Shown here: piece by piece, positions 12,283 to 25,686 of the stretch
Layout: each line of letters opens with the position of its first letter
How positions within the stretch are numbered: the first letter of the stretch is position 1
DNA from: Lophium mytilinum
Lineage: Eukaryota
Direction: 5' to 3'
Assembly (NCBI GenBank): GCA_010093605.1
Contig: MU004195.1
Location: 1,379,566 to 1,443,565, forward strand
Length of the DNA stretch: 64,000 nt
Notes under the pieces: generated by a model
Seen by the model: only the letters and a program-made list of their open reading frames with translations
Databases searched by the model: none
What the model was told of the DNA's origin: nothing
Position numbers and translations under genes: made by a program

Positions 12283-15200
12283 CTACTTCCTACCTTGTGG
12301 TCTGATGTACGTCTTCCTGATCATATCGGGGGTGTCGACATCCATGATGTGTGCGAACTCATCCAACCACTTGTGCATCTTGAAGGGGTGACAGACGAGA
12401 AAGCGGCGGCAGTAAATCGACTCCGCCTCACAAACATCTTCCGCGAACCAGTTGACAAGTGCGTCGGTTGCTTTTGCCGGATTGTCCTGCCAGAGCTTCT
12501 GGTACTCCGGCCATTGTATCGGGGCCCAGGCAATCACTTGTGCGAACTTGTTCGGCGTGTAGTCAGGGTTGTCCGGCATGTACTCAGGCCCACAGAGGAG
12601 GTTGCACCACTGCGGGGGGCAGATATCGTTCCTAAAGGCCTCGACGAGGTTAACGCGTCTACGTTTACGTTAGATATACGACTGTAAACGAGGGGGTAAA
12701 AAGGGAAACTTACGCATCGTGGAGGGTTTTTGCCTCCCCTTCGTTCTCGTTCACGAGATCCTGGAGCCACATGATTAGGCCTGGGCGTCCTACCAGTTTG
12801 TGGTTTAAAGGCACTCCTTCTGGTAAGTTCCTCAAGAGTCGCCACCGCATGAAGTCCTGCACTAGCTTCCAGGCTTCGACCGGTTGGTGCGCGAACAAGT
12901 CGTCAGTTATCAAGATGAGGGACCCCCCTGGAAACAACTTTTTGCAGGCGTATTCCCAAGGAGGTAGATTTTCTGGCATGAGGATGCCGTGGAAGCGCCT
13001 GAACTCATAATCGGCCGCATCGTAAACAGGTTTGCCGACTTGGAAGAAATTGTACCGTCCCTTGAGGCAACGTCGAAGCTGAGTTAGATTACGGTAATGG
13101 TAATCAATGATGTCGGGGTGAAACTACGCGCAGTCAGAATTTGCTACCAAGCAATTGAAACAGTAGTACTTACTATGATTACTCCGCTCTTAGTGTTCTT
13201 CCTGAAGTAATCCCAACTACCTGGAGTAACGTCCTGAAAGACCTTTGCGCCCATACCTTGGAGACACATGGTGACAAGCTTCGTTTCTTGTACGTTCTTT
13301 TCGGTAAAGAAAAGGAACACGACCTTGTCAAGAGTACCGTCTATCCAACTAAAGAGTCGATCCGGATCGAGTTTGAGTCCCGATTGAAGCTTTGTCTGGA
13401 TATCTGTCGGCTTGGCTGTGTTCTTGGTTTGGACAATGGCCCCAAGGCGTGGCACCGACGACCTAATGTTGAATCGCAGCTTGCGTTCTGATTCGTAGGG
13501 CGACATCGCAAAGCTGAAATTGTTGAGGAAGTTCCAGGTTTCTTGGCCGGCTGGGTACACTATGATGGTGTATCTCTCGTGGGATATGACCCCAGCAAGA
13601 TCGCCACGACGCTTCAAGCTGCGGGCATAAGTTTCGAGCAGAGCGTCATCTGACGCCAAAGACGGCATGACATCGCCAACAGTCACGCGGGGGGGAACGG
13701 GCGGCTGGTTGTTGTCAGTAATTGGAGTAAGAGGCTCTCTCAGGGTGTACTTACTTCGAGGCAATACGCCTCCCAGCCAGCTGGTGAACAGTTGTGACTG
13801 ATTGTCAGGCGGGGTTTGGCACCCAGTGTAGCTCTGAGTTCATCAAGAGAAGGGACATCTAGTCCCATTAGCAGTACGTCGACTTCGCTAACTTCACCAT
13901 CCTTTGATGCCGGTAGCACCAATCGCACCTTGACATGGGGTACATCTTCCAGCATTTGCTGCTGAAGCGCACGAAGAGGCTGTGGCATGGCTAACGGAGG
14001 TGCTGGCTTATTGAATTTGACCTGTTTCGTCGCCGGGTTGACGGAGACGCCAGCATCTTGGAGGACCCGTGGCAGTGACTTCCTACGCTGCATATGTTCC
14101 GCAGGATCTGGCTCCCTAATTCTAGGCTGCCTAGTCGTAGTTTGGACTGAAGTACCAGCAGCGTCCTGGGGAACCCCAGGCAGTGACGTCCGACGCTGCA
14201 GAGTTTGGCCTACAGGGCCTGAACCGACGTGACTGTGCATGAATGGGTAATGGTCGCCTGGAAAAGAGCAGGTATGGGTGAGCCATGCCAGACATGTCAA
14301 TTTTCCTCCAGTACGAGGAGGAAGCCTAAATTTGTCCACCGTCTCGGTATCTTTATGTCCCGGTGCACCTGCAACAGTTCCAGTGTTCCAGTGAGCGAAG
14401 GGGCATGCCTCTGAAGTCTTGAAACAGCCATCCTCATTGTTCCACCAGAAATAGCATGTCAACGGGACTCTTCCCACCTTTTGAACTCGTTTCATGTCCT
14501 CGGAGGTGAATTCGACGTCTCGGTGAAGGAATCTGCATTTCTCGTTGAAACGACATGTCCCGTTTCGCCACTCGAAACAGGTGACCTGCTCTTTCCACTT
14601 TTCATCTTCACGCACGGTATGAGTGTGCCCAGTAGGCTCCTCTTGGTGGGCCTGCTCTCCCCGGCTCAAAGCGGTTCTCTCATCGCCGCGCAAGGAGTAG
14701 GGATTCGTAGTAGTAGAGGACAGCTCACGGGCGGGCGGGGTCTGCTCTCCCCGGTTCAAAACCGCACTCTCATTGCCACGCAAGGAGTAGGGATTCGTAG
14801 TAGTAGAGGATAGCTTACGGGCCGGCGCCCCTAAGGTTCCACTAGCCTCGCTAGGTCGGTCAGTTCGAATGAATTCCAAGACACTCGGATCTGGGTTGCC
14901 TTCCTGCGCTGCCTTCTTCCGTGCATTATTTTGATGGCTCAGACTATTGTACTCGCGCTGCTTCGTAGGCTTGCGTTCTGGCTTCGGAGGCGGTATTGCA
15001 GACATGTTCATCTTGATACCACCTCCACCTCCGGTTCTCTTCATCATTGTCGCTGGAGGATTTTCCGGTGGCTTAGCACCTTGTGCAGAAACCAGCGCAC
15101 CCACTGATGGACGGCGGATGTTGACTGAAGAAGAGCTTCTCGGTTCTGTAGAAGAACCGGGGACAGCAGGCTTCTTTAGCTGAGTAGGAACTGGCGCTCT

Positions 15201-16663
15201 CACTGGCGGAGGACGGTCCGTGATCAAAGGGGAGGCGGTCGGCCCCTTGGAAGGAGGGGCTATGGGAGGCTTCTTCTTCAAACCAGAGCTTGCGCCGGCG
15301 ATAGCCGTGGAAGGTGATGGTTGTGGTACGCGCGGCTTGTCTTTAGCAGGTGGAACGGCACGACTCGCTGTAGTCGGCAGGGTGGAACGAGATTTCGGAT
15401 CGGCATTGCTGTCAACAGTCTTTCGAATTATGTCGGCTGAGCGCTTAGATGCCTCCTTCGAGAGGGGGACGTCGGAGGACGATGATAGTTGCGGAGGGCG
15501 ATTGACTTGAGTCTCCACCTTCTGAGGTCGATCGACGGTGCCATCAATAGGTTTACGAATCTTTTGGGTAGTGCGGTTAGGTACAAGAGGAGCGTCGCTA
15601 TCAGTAGATGACTCTCCATTACCCATATTCGATGGCTGCCGGTTTCCCTCCCGCTGTGATGGCAGCTTAGAGCTCTTCTGCTTCGGTGGACGGGCGTCGG
15701 TGGAAGCTGACGAATGTCCAGCAGCATCAACGGTCTTCCTCTTTAGCATCCCCCGCGTCGGCTCTGCTCTGGACTTCTTTTGCTGTTTTAGCTCTTCCAT
15801 TAGGGAGTCGCCTGAGAGATCAGCCGATGAAGCGCGGCGAGATAGAGCCTTCCGAGGAAGTGGGCGTCTCGCATCTCGCTTTCCTTCGTCGTCATCACCA
15901 CTACTACTCTCTTCAATGAAGGGCATAGAACCTTTCCGGACAGGGTTGGGCGCAGCCACGCTCGCGGCAGGCTTAGAGTCGCGCTCCTTGGCAACGTTTC
16001 CAGATGCAACCTTTAATCTTGACTCGTTGGTCGATTGTCGAGGCTTCGGTACAATGATAGGTTGCTCATCAGACTCGTCATCGTCGGTGTCGGAGTCTGA
16101 CTCTTCTTGCTCTGTATCAGACTCGACCTTGACTGGTAGGCCAAGTCTGATGCGCTTCGCACGTCTCTTCAAGCGACGATCTTTCTTTGCCTTTCCCCAC
16201 TTCATGTAGGCTTCTTCAAAGGCTATGATGTTGCTGTCGTTATATGCATGCCAATCCTTATACTTTCTGCCACGCTTGTCTTTCAGGCCTCTCAGTACTT
16301 GCATCTTGGTATCTTTCCATTCATTCAGAACAATCTTGTCTGAAAACATGGCCGCGGGCTCCCACGTGCACCTGGGGGTGTTGTCAGTGTTACAGTCCCA
16401 ATGCGAATGCGTGAAAAGACAACAGATATATAGGTGACTTACTCATGCATTTCGTAGCCACCCCATTTAATGAGGTACTCGAGGCCTTTGCCTTCCTCGT
16501 CGTCCTTCTCGGCCAAGATTGCTTCGACAGGGTACTCTTTTTCGGGGTCGTACTCTTCTACGGTTGAAGTGAGAGATATCGTAGAAGCGACTGATTTAAT
16601 GTCCGAATTTATGTCCGAATCGCTGTCCCCGTCGAAGAGGGGATCCGGCTGGCTAGACGCCAT
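12283..16663 (-). CDS. Chromodomain + CCCH zinc-finger protein, Chp1-like, ~1384 aa
   Basis: Exons 16663-16443, 16371-13755, 13704-13174, 13123-12714, 12658-12283. Chromodomain EYPVEAILAE...YLIKWGGYEMHECTWEP; fingers CFEWRNGTCRFNEKCRFLH and CYFWWNNEDGCFKTSEACPFAH plus a degenerate third; globular C-terminus (PGSWDYF...GVIIFHPD...LFPGGSLILITDD...LVNWFA...RRFLV). Confidence 0.8.
14652..14826. repeat. In-frame 90-bp tandem duplication inside the chromodomain gene
   Basis: CTGCTCTCCCCGG...CAAGGAGTAGGGATTCGTAGTAGTAGAGGA at 14652 and 14742; encodes PAR(K/E)LSSTTTNPYSLRG...RGEQ twice. Confidence 0.9.
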
Positions 16664-17238
16664 GGTGCCAGCGTCCAGGTCTGGAGTAGCTCGGCAGAAG
16701 CGAGACTTGATGATGTTCCAAATCGGGGTCGGCAACTACTGCCTAGCGAACATGGTGGGCGTCCGTGGGTGAAAACGTTAGTGAAGAGTTGGTCAGGGCA
16801 ATTGACCAGCTGCTGCGACGAGAGGGCACAGCTCAGATGCAAGCAGTACCCGTGGCGTGGATGCAGTGAACCTGGAGTTGGCCCACGGATGAAGCTGTGT
16901 TGTTGTTGGTTGGTCGTTCGCTGGTCTCGCTGCGCGACTTTAAGCGAAAAGACGCGGTCTAAGGAAGTGGGCGGTTTAAGCGGGGCCAGGGCGCACGGAC
17001 CAGGCAGCTCTCCACGCCAGCTTTCACGACACCACAGCCGCTTTATCCCACGCCTGGCCCCGACCGCGAAGGCATCCAGATACTGCCCCATCCTCTTCCA
17101 AGCCCACCACGCCCACGACCCATACAGTCCTCTTACCGCACCCGCCCGCCGCAGTCTCTTGGGCACTACCGCGCTACTCTCGCAGCAGCACCGCTCCTTC
17201 AACCCCTCTCACTACCCTACCTCCTGCCCACCGCAACT

Positions 17239-18257
<1,019 letters not shown>

Positions 18258-19075
18258 AGCCCTGTCGCTTCTTACTCACTACAAAGTCAAACTCCTTTCA
18301 TACGAAATGACTGTACTCTGCGTAACGGAAATGGTATATCAAGCGGACGAGCAAGAGGGCAATGACAGCAGCGGTTGAGGCATGAACATTTCACGCATGT
18401 CTCTCTTGGCATAACTCCCTTTCTCGTTCTCAACACCTACCCCATCTGCTCTACCGCGTACTTCACTTCTCAATGCAACGTGTCATTCATGCGAAGGTTG
18501 GCGTCTGAGAGGAACTGCTGGACATTATTGTTTTTCCTGTTTTGCTTCTTCTACGTAGTTCCTTGTATCTGCTTGATGGAGGCAGGGGCGGCTTTGAGGA
18601 ATGCATGGTGGTGTCTTTCCGGGCTGCGAGTAATTTTGGCTTGGCTGTATGATCATGATACAATGAGCAGCTAAAGAATTCCTTCATTAATCATGCTCTA
18701 ATCGCAGTTGAGTGAGTGATATATTACGTTGCTTTGGGGCCGCCTGGGTATACGGATTGTTGAAGTGCTTGTTGCATACTCTGTCCTGGTTTCATGGGAC
18801 GCATCAAATGACTTCAGACATGTGAATAACTGTACAGAGATACTAGGCTTCAACGGATGCTTCTGTTCTGATACTGAGATAGAGCTGACCCATGCAACAC
18901 ACTATATTACTCCTATGCACCTCCCTGCCCCAATGGTATACATCTTGCCACACCAGCCGGACCCTAGATAAAGAACCTCCGAACCGTTTACCAATCTCTT
19001 ACTCATACAAAACGCCGGCTAGAAAGCCAAACCCAGTTCCGAAATCCAAACGCTGAACAGGACTAAGGAAAGAGG

Positions 19076-20408
19076 CTATAACGTAGCAGTCGGGAAGTAG
19101 TACTGGTCCCAAAGGAACTCATAGTCCTCAATTACGGTCCCCACAATGTCCAGGAGGGGTTTGCCGCGTAGTTTGCCAGTGACGGAATGAATCCAGGCCC
19201 TAATGCTTGTTAGCAAATGCTTTGTATAACGATACCCGGAGGTTGAATGAGCACGTACTTTGTGATATTCTCATAAAAGGCGCCCCTCATCATCCACCAC
19301 CCAAGCGCCCACCCTCTCTTCTTCAACTCCTCTCTTTCGAGACCGGTTAGGCCCCTCAGCCCGCCAGCCAAGCGCTCCTGGAAATCCTTCTTCGCCAGCT
19401 GGCGCGCACCGTATTCGATGCTCAAGCCCAGCAACCACGGCTTCCACGTCTTTCGGTCGCCTCTCCACTGCTGCATCGCGAGCGCATAGACTACAGGACG
19501 AATGATATAAAGACACTCCGCTAGCTCGCCCTTCCCACTCACACGATGCAGCAGCGCTTTCGGCGGCTTGATATCGTCCGCTGTCAGCACTTTCGAAAGG
19601 AGATAGCTCGAGATGTCGCCCGAATCCGGCAAGCTCGGCAGACTCAGCCCCGTCCGTGGCATCGCCCAGTTCTCGGCCTCCACCTCGCTCTCATTCGGCG
19701 GCGTGTCCATCCCATCGGGCGACGCGGCACTCTCCTCTAGAGACGAGGGATCGACTTCGCGCTGCGGCAGCGGTGGGCTGAGTAGTGGGCGTGAGTTCGT
19801 TAGGCGCAGGAGGAGGAGGCGACATATCGCCTTCACGGCTTCCAGGACTACGACGACGCGCCACCGGATTTTCTCGCCGCGGCGTTTGGCGGCCATTTCC
19901 CAGAGTAATTCGGTGTACTGGATCATTTGGAGCAGCAGCGCGGTGCGCTTGTAGGTTGGCGAGGTAGAGGTCCAGAACTTGGTGTAGCGGTTGTGGGGGG
20001 AGGGGTGCTGCTTCGGGGTGCCAGGCATGCGCGCGATGGCTTTTGCGAGTAGGGAGTCATGGTAGAGAGAGAGGAGCTGGACGCCGCTGTGGACTAGGGA
20101 GTTTGTTAGTATCGTTGCGCTCGTGGTGTTGTGGGCTGGAGGGGGGAGCATACGCGACTCGGATGCGATTTCTGATTCTCTAAAGCGCCCTGCGATACTG
20201 TTAGAACCTGGAGGATTCCAGATCAGAGCGTGTTATATCGCGTACCGGGAATGATGTAGGTTAGCGAGCGCAGCGCAGACTCAATCTGCGACACGGCGCT
20301 GGCGTTCTTGGTGATAAAGTCGCTGTAGAGACTCAGCCATCTCGGCGACTGCGATAAGGCGTCGGGCAGGCGCTGGGTGCCCAGCTTCGCCTGTTTGTAC
20401 ATGGCCAT
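19076..20408 (-). CDS. PEX16: Peroxisomal membrane protein Pex16, ~385 aa
   Basis: Exons 20408-20246, 20189-20154, 20093-19259, 19199-19076. YSDFITKNASAVSQIESALRSLTYIIPGRFRESEIASE, YTELLWEMAAKRRGEK, MRGAFYENITK, DYEFLWDQYYFPTATL. Confidence 0.93.
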
Positions 20409-21293
20409 CACATCAAGCCCTCGGGGAGCTGTGCGATGGGTTGGGGTAGAGCGTGGTAGGGGGAAGGTGGAGGTGGTTGGCGGGAATCTGGGGATACTTG
20501 GAAGCACGTCACGTTCTCGTCTCGTGCCGAGGTTGCGGAGAGTAGCCCCTTTGACAATGACTTTTTCGACATTCATGTTGACTTCCTTCTCGAGATAATT
20601 CATCTCTTTCTGAAACCTCCAGTAAGTACTTTTTTCATATTGTGTTCATACAATTGCATGGATAAAGAAGCTTGAGGTTCCCGTCTCAACTTACTTCTGA
20701 TGAGCCTATGCAGTGAATACAGTCCGCTGTATAACATCGTTCTCGTTCTAGATTCGAACCTCAGGGCATGCTTCAAGGTGTAAACGTTACGAGCCTACAA
20801 CTCTCTTATTTATTCATACCTCGACATGCCCACGAAAAATTGAACCATGTGACTTCGCGCAACCGTGTATACGCGTCTGGAGCAAGAACTTTTTGCTTCG
20901 GCCATCTCCGTATCCTTGTCTGGACAATTACAAAGCATTGTAGCACGCGTTTCGTCTTATGACTCTTTTCTCCTTCTGCATTGGGTGAGGCTCAGCAAAA
21001 TCCATATCTCCAGAATCTTCACCGCTTTCGCCAAGCGTTGCCTAGCTGCCTGGGTATCTGCTATTATATTCCATGAGCATTGCGCGGCTATATTGTGTGT
21101 CCAGCATTCACTTTCTCATTTATAATTCACAAACATGCAGCGTGACACGAACTGTCCGCATATATAAACAGCTTCCTCTTACCCCTGTTCCTTCATTCTC
21201 TCATCTTCGTCTGTAACCGCCTCCCCAACACCAACCCACATCAAGATCAACACAAGGATCGTAACACTCAATACCATCACTTCTCACGCCAAG

Positions 21294-21953
21294 ATGGAAA
21301 ATGCGCTCCCAATTCCTACCGAGAAGAAGGCTGTCTTTGCCAAGGTCCGGGAGTTCGTGGAAAACTACATGTCCGCCTACGATTCATCTCACGATTGGTC
21401 ACATATCCAACGCGTGACCTCCAACGGCCTGCGAATCTTCCTCGGTGAGAAAGAAATCAACCCTTGGTTCACGGAATCACTCGACCCCACAGCCATCTTT
21501 ATGGGTTGTCTGATGCACGATGTCGGCGACCACAAGTACGTCACCGGCGTCCCCAACCCCAACGAGATCTCAGATGCTCTGGTCAGCCTGGGCGTCGATG
21601 CTCAACTTGCGATGAAGGTGCAGGAGATCGGCACTTGGGTCTCCTACTCCAAGGAGGCCAAAGATCCCGAGACCTCGCATGCTATGCTAAAGAAGCATCC
21701 GGAACTGCGGATCGTCCAAGATGCGGATCGCTTGGATGCGATTGGGGCTGTGGGTGTGGGTAGGTGCTTCACTTATCATGGAGCCAAGGGCACGGGTTCA
21801 ATGCAGTACTCGATCGACCATTATGACGAAAAGCTGCTAAAGCTTGAAACCATGATGAAGACGGAAACAGGAACAAAGCTGGCGCGGGAGCGGACAGGGG
21901 TCCTGAGGATGATCAAAGAGGCTTGGGAGAAGGAGACAGAGTTGGCCTTTTAG
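21294..21953 (+). CDS. HD-superfamily metal-dependent phosphohydrolase (YedJ/YpgQ-like)
   Basis: Intronless 219 aa. SHDWSHIQRV, LMHDVGDHKY, VQDADRLDAIGAVG, KLLKLETMMKTETG; TATATAAA at 21161. Confidence 0.9.
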   Translation: MENALPIPTEKKAVFAKVREFVENYMSAYDSSHDWSHIQRVTSNGLRIFLGEKEINPWFTESLDPTAIFMGCLMHDVGDHKYVTGVPNPNEISDALVSLGVDAQLAMKVQEIGTWVSYSKEAKDPETSHAMLKKHPELRIVQDADRLDAIGAVGVGRCFTYHGAKGTGSMQYSIDHYDEKLLKLETMMKTETGTKLARERTGVLRMIKEAWEKETELAF

Positions 21954-22707
21954 AGGTCAATGAGTGAGAAAGGACGTCGCTGCAAAGCGGTGATGTTCTC
22001 CAGCTGGCAATGAGTCTTCACAGACGAGCGTGATTGACAGTGCCAGGTAGTCTACTGATTCTTGTTGGAGTATCCCACTACGATCTCTATCATCACATGA
22101 AGGTGATGATTGGGCCAGTGATTATTTGAGTTTCCCCTAGGTTTGCTTCCCTTGCGATTGTGTGATCATATGCATACCGAACTCAGTATCTGAATTGAAT
22201 ATCATCATTTCCGCTATCCTACATTTATATCAATATACTGCATGTCTGTAACTCTTTTCCTATCAGATACTCTTTGAACGTGTCTCTCGCTCACATGCGA
22301 GGTGTGAACTAATCATGAACTTCAGTCAATTTGGTGCAGACGGATAGCCTATTGAGCATTTATTGATTTTCGAGCGAACAGCATTTCTAAGATCGCTGTT
22401 CCACGGTTCCATCTACTTATATCATTTAGCATTCGGTTCTTACGCTGTGTCAAGTGAACGCTACACCTTCACAACTTCCTTGATTGAAGCTACTCTCGGT
22501 ACACATGGTCACGCAGCTCTGGTTCTCGAGGAGTTGTAGCTTCACTATACTAAGGTGAGTGGTAAGGAAGACAATGTGAGAATAGAACCCGTTGATACCA
22601 ATATAGGGAGCCATTGAAGACAAACGAACCGAAACAATTGATCTAAGCAAGAAATCTTTCCGAAAGTTCCCGAATATGATCGCCACTGCCTTCATTCATG
22701 CGGCCCC

Positions 22708-23641
22708 CTACCCCCAAGTTCCCCTAGAATTATAACTATGCTGCTCAAAGTCTCCACTACGGTGTCTCTTCAACAGATCGTATGCGAGACCGGGTATGTC
22801 CTTAACAACCGCCTCAACCTCCGGCTTGTCCAGGATCGCCGAATGCTCCAACATAACCTTCACAAGCGGCTCCCGTAAGCCTAAGTCCACATCCAGTGTG
22901 GTTTCAAAGACGACGCGGATAGCAGTAGGGAACTCTTCGTGTGTCCAGCCAGTCGTCACCGCAGCGGTGAATCGCTCCTGTGCGAGGAGCTTCAGGCCCT
23001 TGATATTGTATTTGTCTGCTATGGCGTACATCTTCGCGTGGAAGACGAGGCATGGGAAGCCTTCCGAGGGCTTTGGGAAGTCTTGTGACCGTCGTACCTT
23101 TTTCCCCCTTTTTAGAACTAGTGGAACAGGTCGCGAGCTTTGTGCCCTGGGTGCAAACGGATCGAAAAAGTCGTCAGGACTTGCTTCCATACCAGGGTCG
23201 GGCGCCTGTGCTTTGTCGCTTGTAGGCTCTCCCCGCGTCATATTGAGCACCGAGTAGTCGAGATGGTAAAAGTAGTATACCATAGCCTTGACGTGTTCGG
23301 GTTCGTCATCATGCAGCGTCATTTCAGCACTTTCAACTTCCTGCGATTTACAACACCGTTAGTCTAACTTCTAGGTTCGTACTGGGAAAACACGAAGGGA
23401 TCTACCTTGCCACCAAATCTGGAAGATGCAGCAAAGACCTCGGACCGCGGAAAGACGATTGCCCGGTGGACATTGTGTGTCTCGGACCCACAGATGATTT
23501 TGAAATCAGAGTAATCTGCGGACTTGAACACACTGATTGAAGTTTTGATGAGCGTGACAGCCTCGTCCCTAAACATGTCTGAACTTACGAGGCTAAGGAC
23601 TGGAGGAGGTCAGACTGCAGCGAGGCCTGCAGTTCAGCCAT
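22708..23641 (-). CDS. BTB/POZ-domain protein, paralog 1, 270 aa
   Basis: Exons 23641-23589, 23532-23406, 23340-22708. YSDFKIICGSETHNVHRAIVFPRS...GKE...LHDDEPEHVKAMVYYFY...HAKMYAIADKYNI. Confidence 0.9.
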
Positions 23642-24145
23642 GATGGCCGGGGAACGCGTACGGCAAAGTATTAGCTCCACAAAAGGTACGAGGTGACGCC
23701 TTCGTGTGAAGGAGAAGGGAGGATGATGAAAGGAAGTGGACTTGGAGGTTGCGAGTGTGCTGCATGGAGCTGCAAGGCTGAGAGTGACGACCAATCATCG
23801 TGCTTCAGCCGCCGTTGCACTGCGTCCATCTGGCTACCAGCATAATAGATATTCAAAGGCTGCGATGGAACCGAGAGACTGCGCTTACTGAAGAAGTACG
23901 TACTTATCTAATGCGCGGTTTCTTCTTATACAACGTTAGTAATTCGAAGAATATGTTTACGTGACTTCTTTGCTAAAGTATCAACGAATCCCTGGACTTC
24001 GTAAGTTTGATAGTAGTGCACACTTGCATTTGATCTCAACATTGACGCAGAATCTATTACAAAAAAACTATAAAAAGTCCTTAGACAAAGAGGACATAAA
24101 AATGTACTGGTAGCCCTAAATGCGTCTCATGGCCATGGAGGTTGC

Positions 24146-24931
24146 CTAATCATAATCATATTCATCTACTGCTTCTGGAATCTCCACAGCAAGATGGCAA
24201 GAGTAATCCTGGCGATGTCTCCTAAAGAGCTCATACGAGAGCTCAGAGATGTCTTTCACGACTGTCTCTACCTCCTTCTTATCCAGAAGCGACGACTTCT
24301 CAAGCAAAACATCCACTATGATGTCTCGAAGACCAAGATCCGTTTCCGGCGTCGTCTCGTAGGCAATGCGTATCGCGGTGGGAAACTCGTCGTGCGACCA
24401 ATCCTCTTCCACGGCTCCAGTGAAGCGCACCTTTGCCGTCTGCTTCAGATCCTCGATGTTGTACTTGTCCGCTAGGGCGTACATGTGGGCATGGAAGACA
24501 AGACCGGGGGCGGAAGGAGTGGGAACAAGGTAAATAAGATGGTAGAAATAGTAGACCATAGCCTGGACATGCTCAGGTTCGTCGCCGTGCAGAGTGATCT
24601 CGTCTCTCTCAGCTTCCTATAATTTGGGAACTCGTTAGTAGAGAAGACTTCTCTAGGCTCTTTCTAGTGTTTTCTCACCTGGCCACCAAATCTGCAGGAT
24701 GCAGCGAGATATTCGCATCGCGGGAAGATGATCGCCTTGTGTACGCGATGCGTCTCAGATCCACAAATGATTTTGAAATCGGAATAGTCCTCGGATCTGA
24801 ATAAACTAGTTGCGGAACGCCTCAGTAAAATGCCTTCATTTTTATAGGGATTTATAACAGCGAACTTACGTATCTAAGGATGCAACAAGCTGGGTTTGTA
24901 GCCTTTTCTGTAATCTATCCATGGAGGCCAT
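24146..24931 (-). CDS. BTB/POZ-domain protein, paralog 2, 219 aa
   Basis: Exons 24931-24870, 24805-24679, 24616-24146. YSDFKIICGSETHRVHKAIIFPRC...LHGDEPEHVQAMVYYFY...HAHMYALADKYNI. Confidence 0.9.
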
Positions 24932-25350
24932 AGATGACGACAACGAGAAGTTTTTCGCAAGAGTTCAGATCTACAAGAGCATGGAAAGGGGATTTTCGTT
25001 GATGTGCAAGGAGTGAGGAAAGCAAGAAGTAGAAAGGATTGCGGCGAAGACAGCTGCGCGCGGCTGCCAGGCTGCAAGGCCGACGATGGCCGCCAATCAC
25101 CACTGGGTGTCTATGCACAACCTGATGTAGCACTAGAGCACATCTGGCTACCTGGATGATTTCGCTATCGAAAGGATTAGGCAGAAACATGACACTCTTT
25201 TCTATAGTCTGACGTTGGACCCAAAGCGTGCTGTTAAGTTAGAAGGTACGTCGATCAAACACGCATAAGGTAAAAAGGGACGAAGAGAAGTAGTAGCGCC
25301 CCAACTGAAACTAAAGCGGTATTATTTTACTACTTTTCTGTCCCCATGGC

Positions 25351-25686
25351 TCATTGCACGCAGCAAGTATCCTTCACATCAATGTCCTCCTCATCCCCAC
25401 CTTCCTTCCCGACCTTTAACTCTCCTCTCCCACCTCCAGCAATATAGTACCATCCAGTAACAGCACCGTCGTTCCTAAACTCCCGCCTCCCCGTCCTGCT
25501 ATGAATGGCACCACTCTTCCACGCTTCCCTCGCTCTCCGCCACATCTCCCGCGCCGTCACAAAACCCAGCCAGGAGAGGAATATTACGAGGAGAACCCCG
25601 CTGACGGATCCTAACATTGTATGCTCGAGATCCGGGTAGGTGAGGATCATTTCCACGTCTTGATATACCAGCGCTACTCCAGCCAC
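25351..25686 (-). CDS. Possible small single-pass membrane protein; 5' structure unresolved
   Basis: Hydrophobic LGSVSGVLLVIFLSWLGFVTA followed by basic residues; ends TCCVQ; G-rich 3' codons like genuine genes here. Upstream region 25690-26520 has stops in all three frames. Confidence 0.35.
   Translation of the reverse strand: MAGVALVYQDVEMILTYPDLEHTMLGSVSGVLLVIFLSWLGFVTAREMWRRAREAWKSGAIHSRTGRREFRNDGAVTGWYYIAGGGRGELKVGKEGGDEEDIDVKDTCCVQ

Noticed and set aside
12659..12684. Upstream CAG acceptor (12682) for the last intron of the chromodomain gene
   Set aside because: It shifts the frame and truncates the protein; the CTAAC branch point supports the TAG acceptor at 12659.
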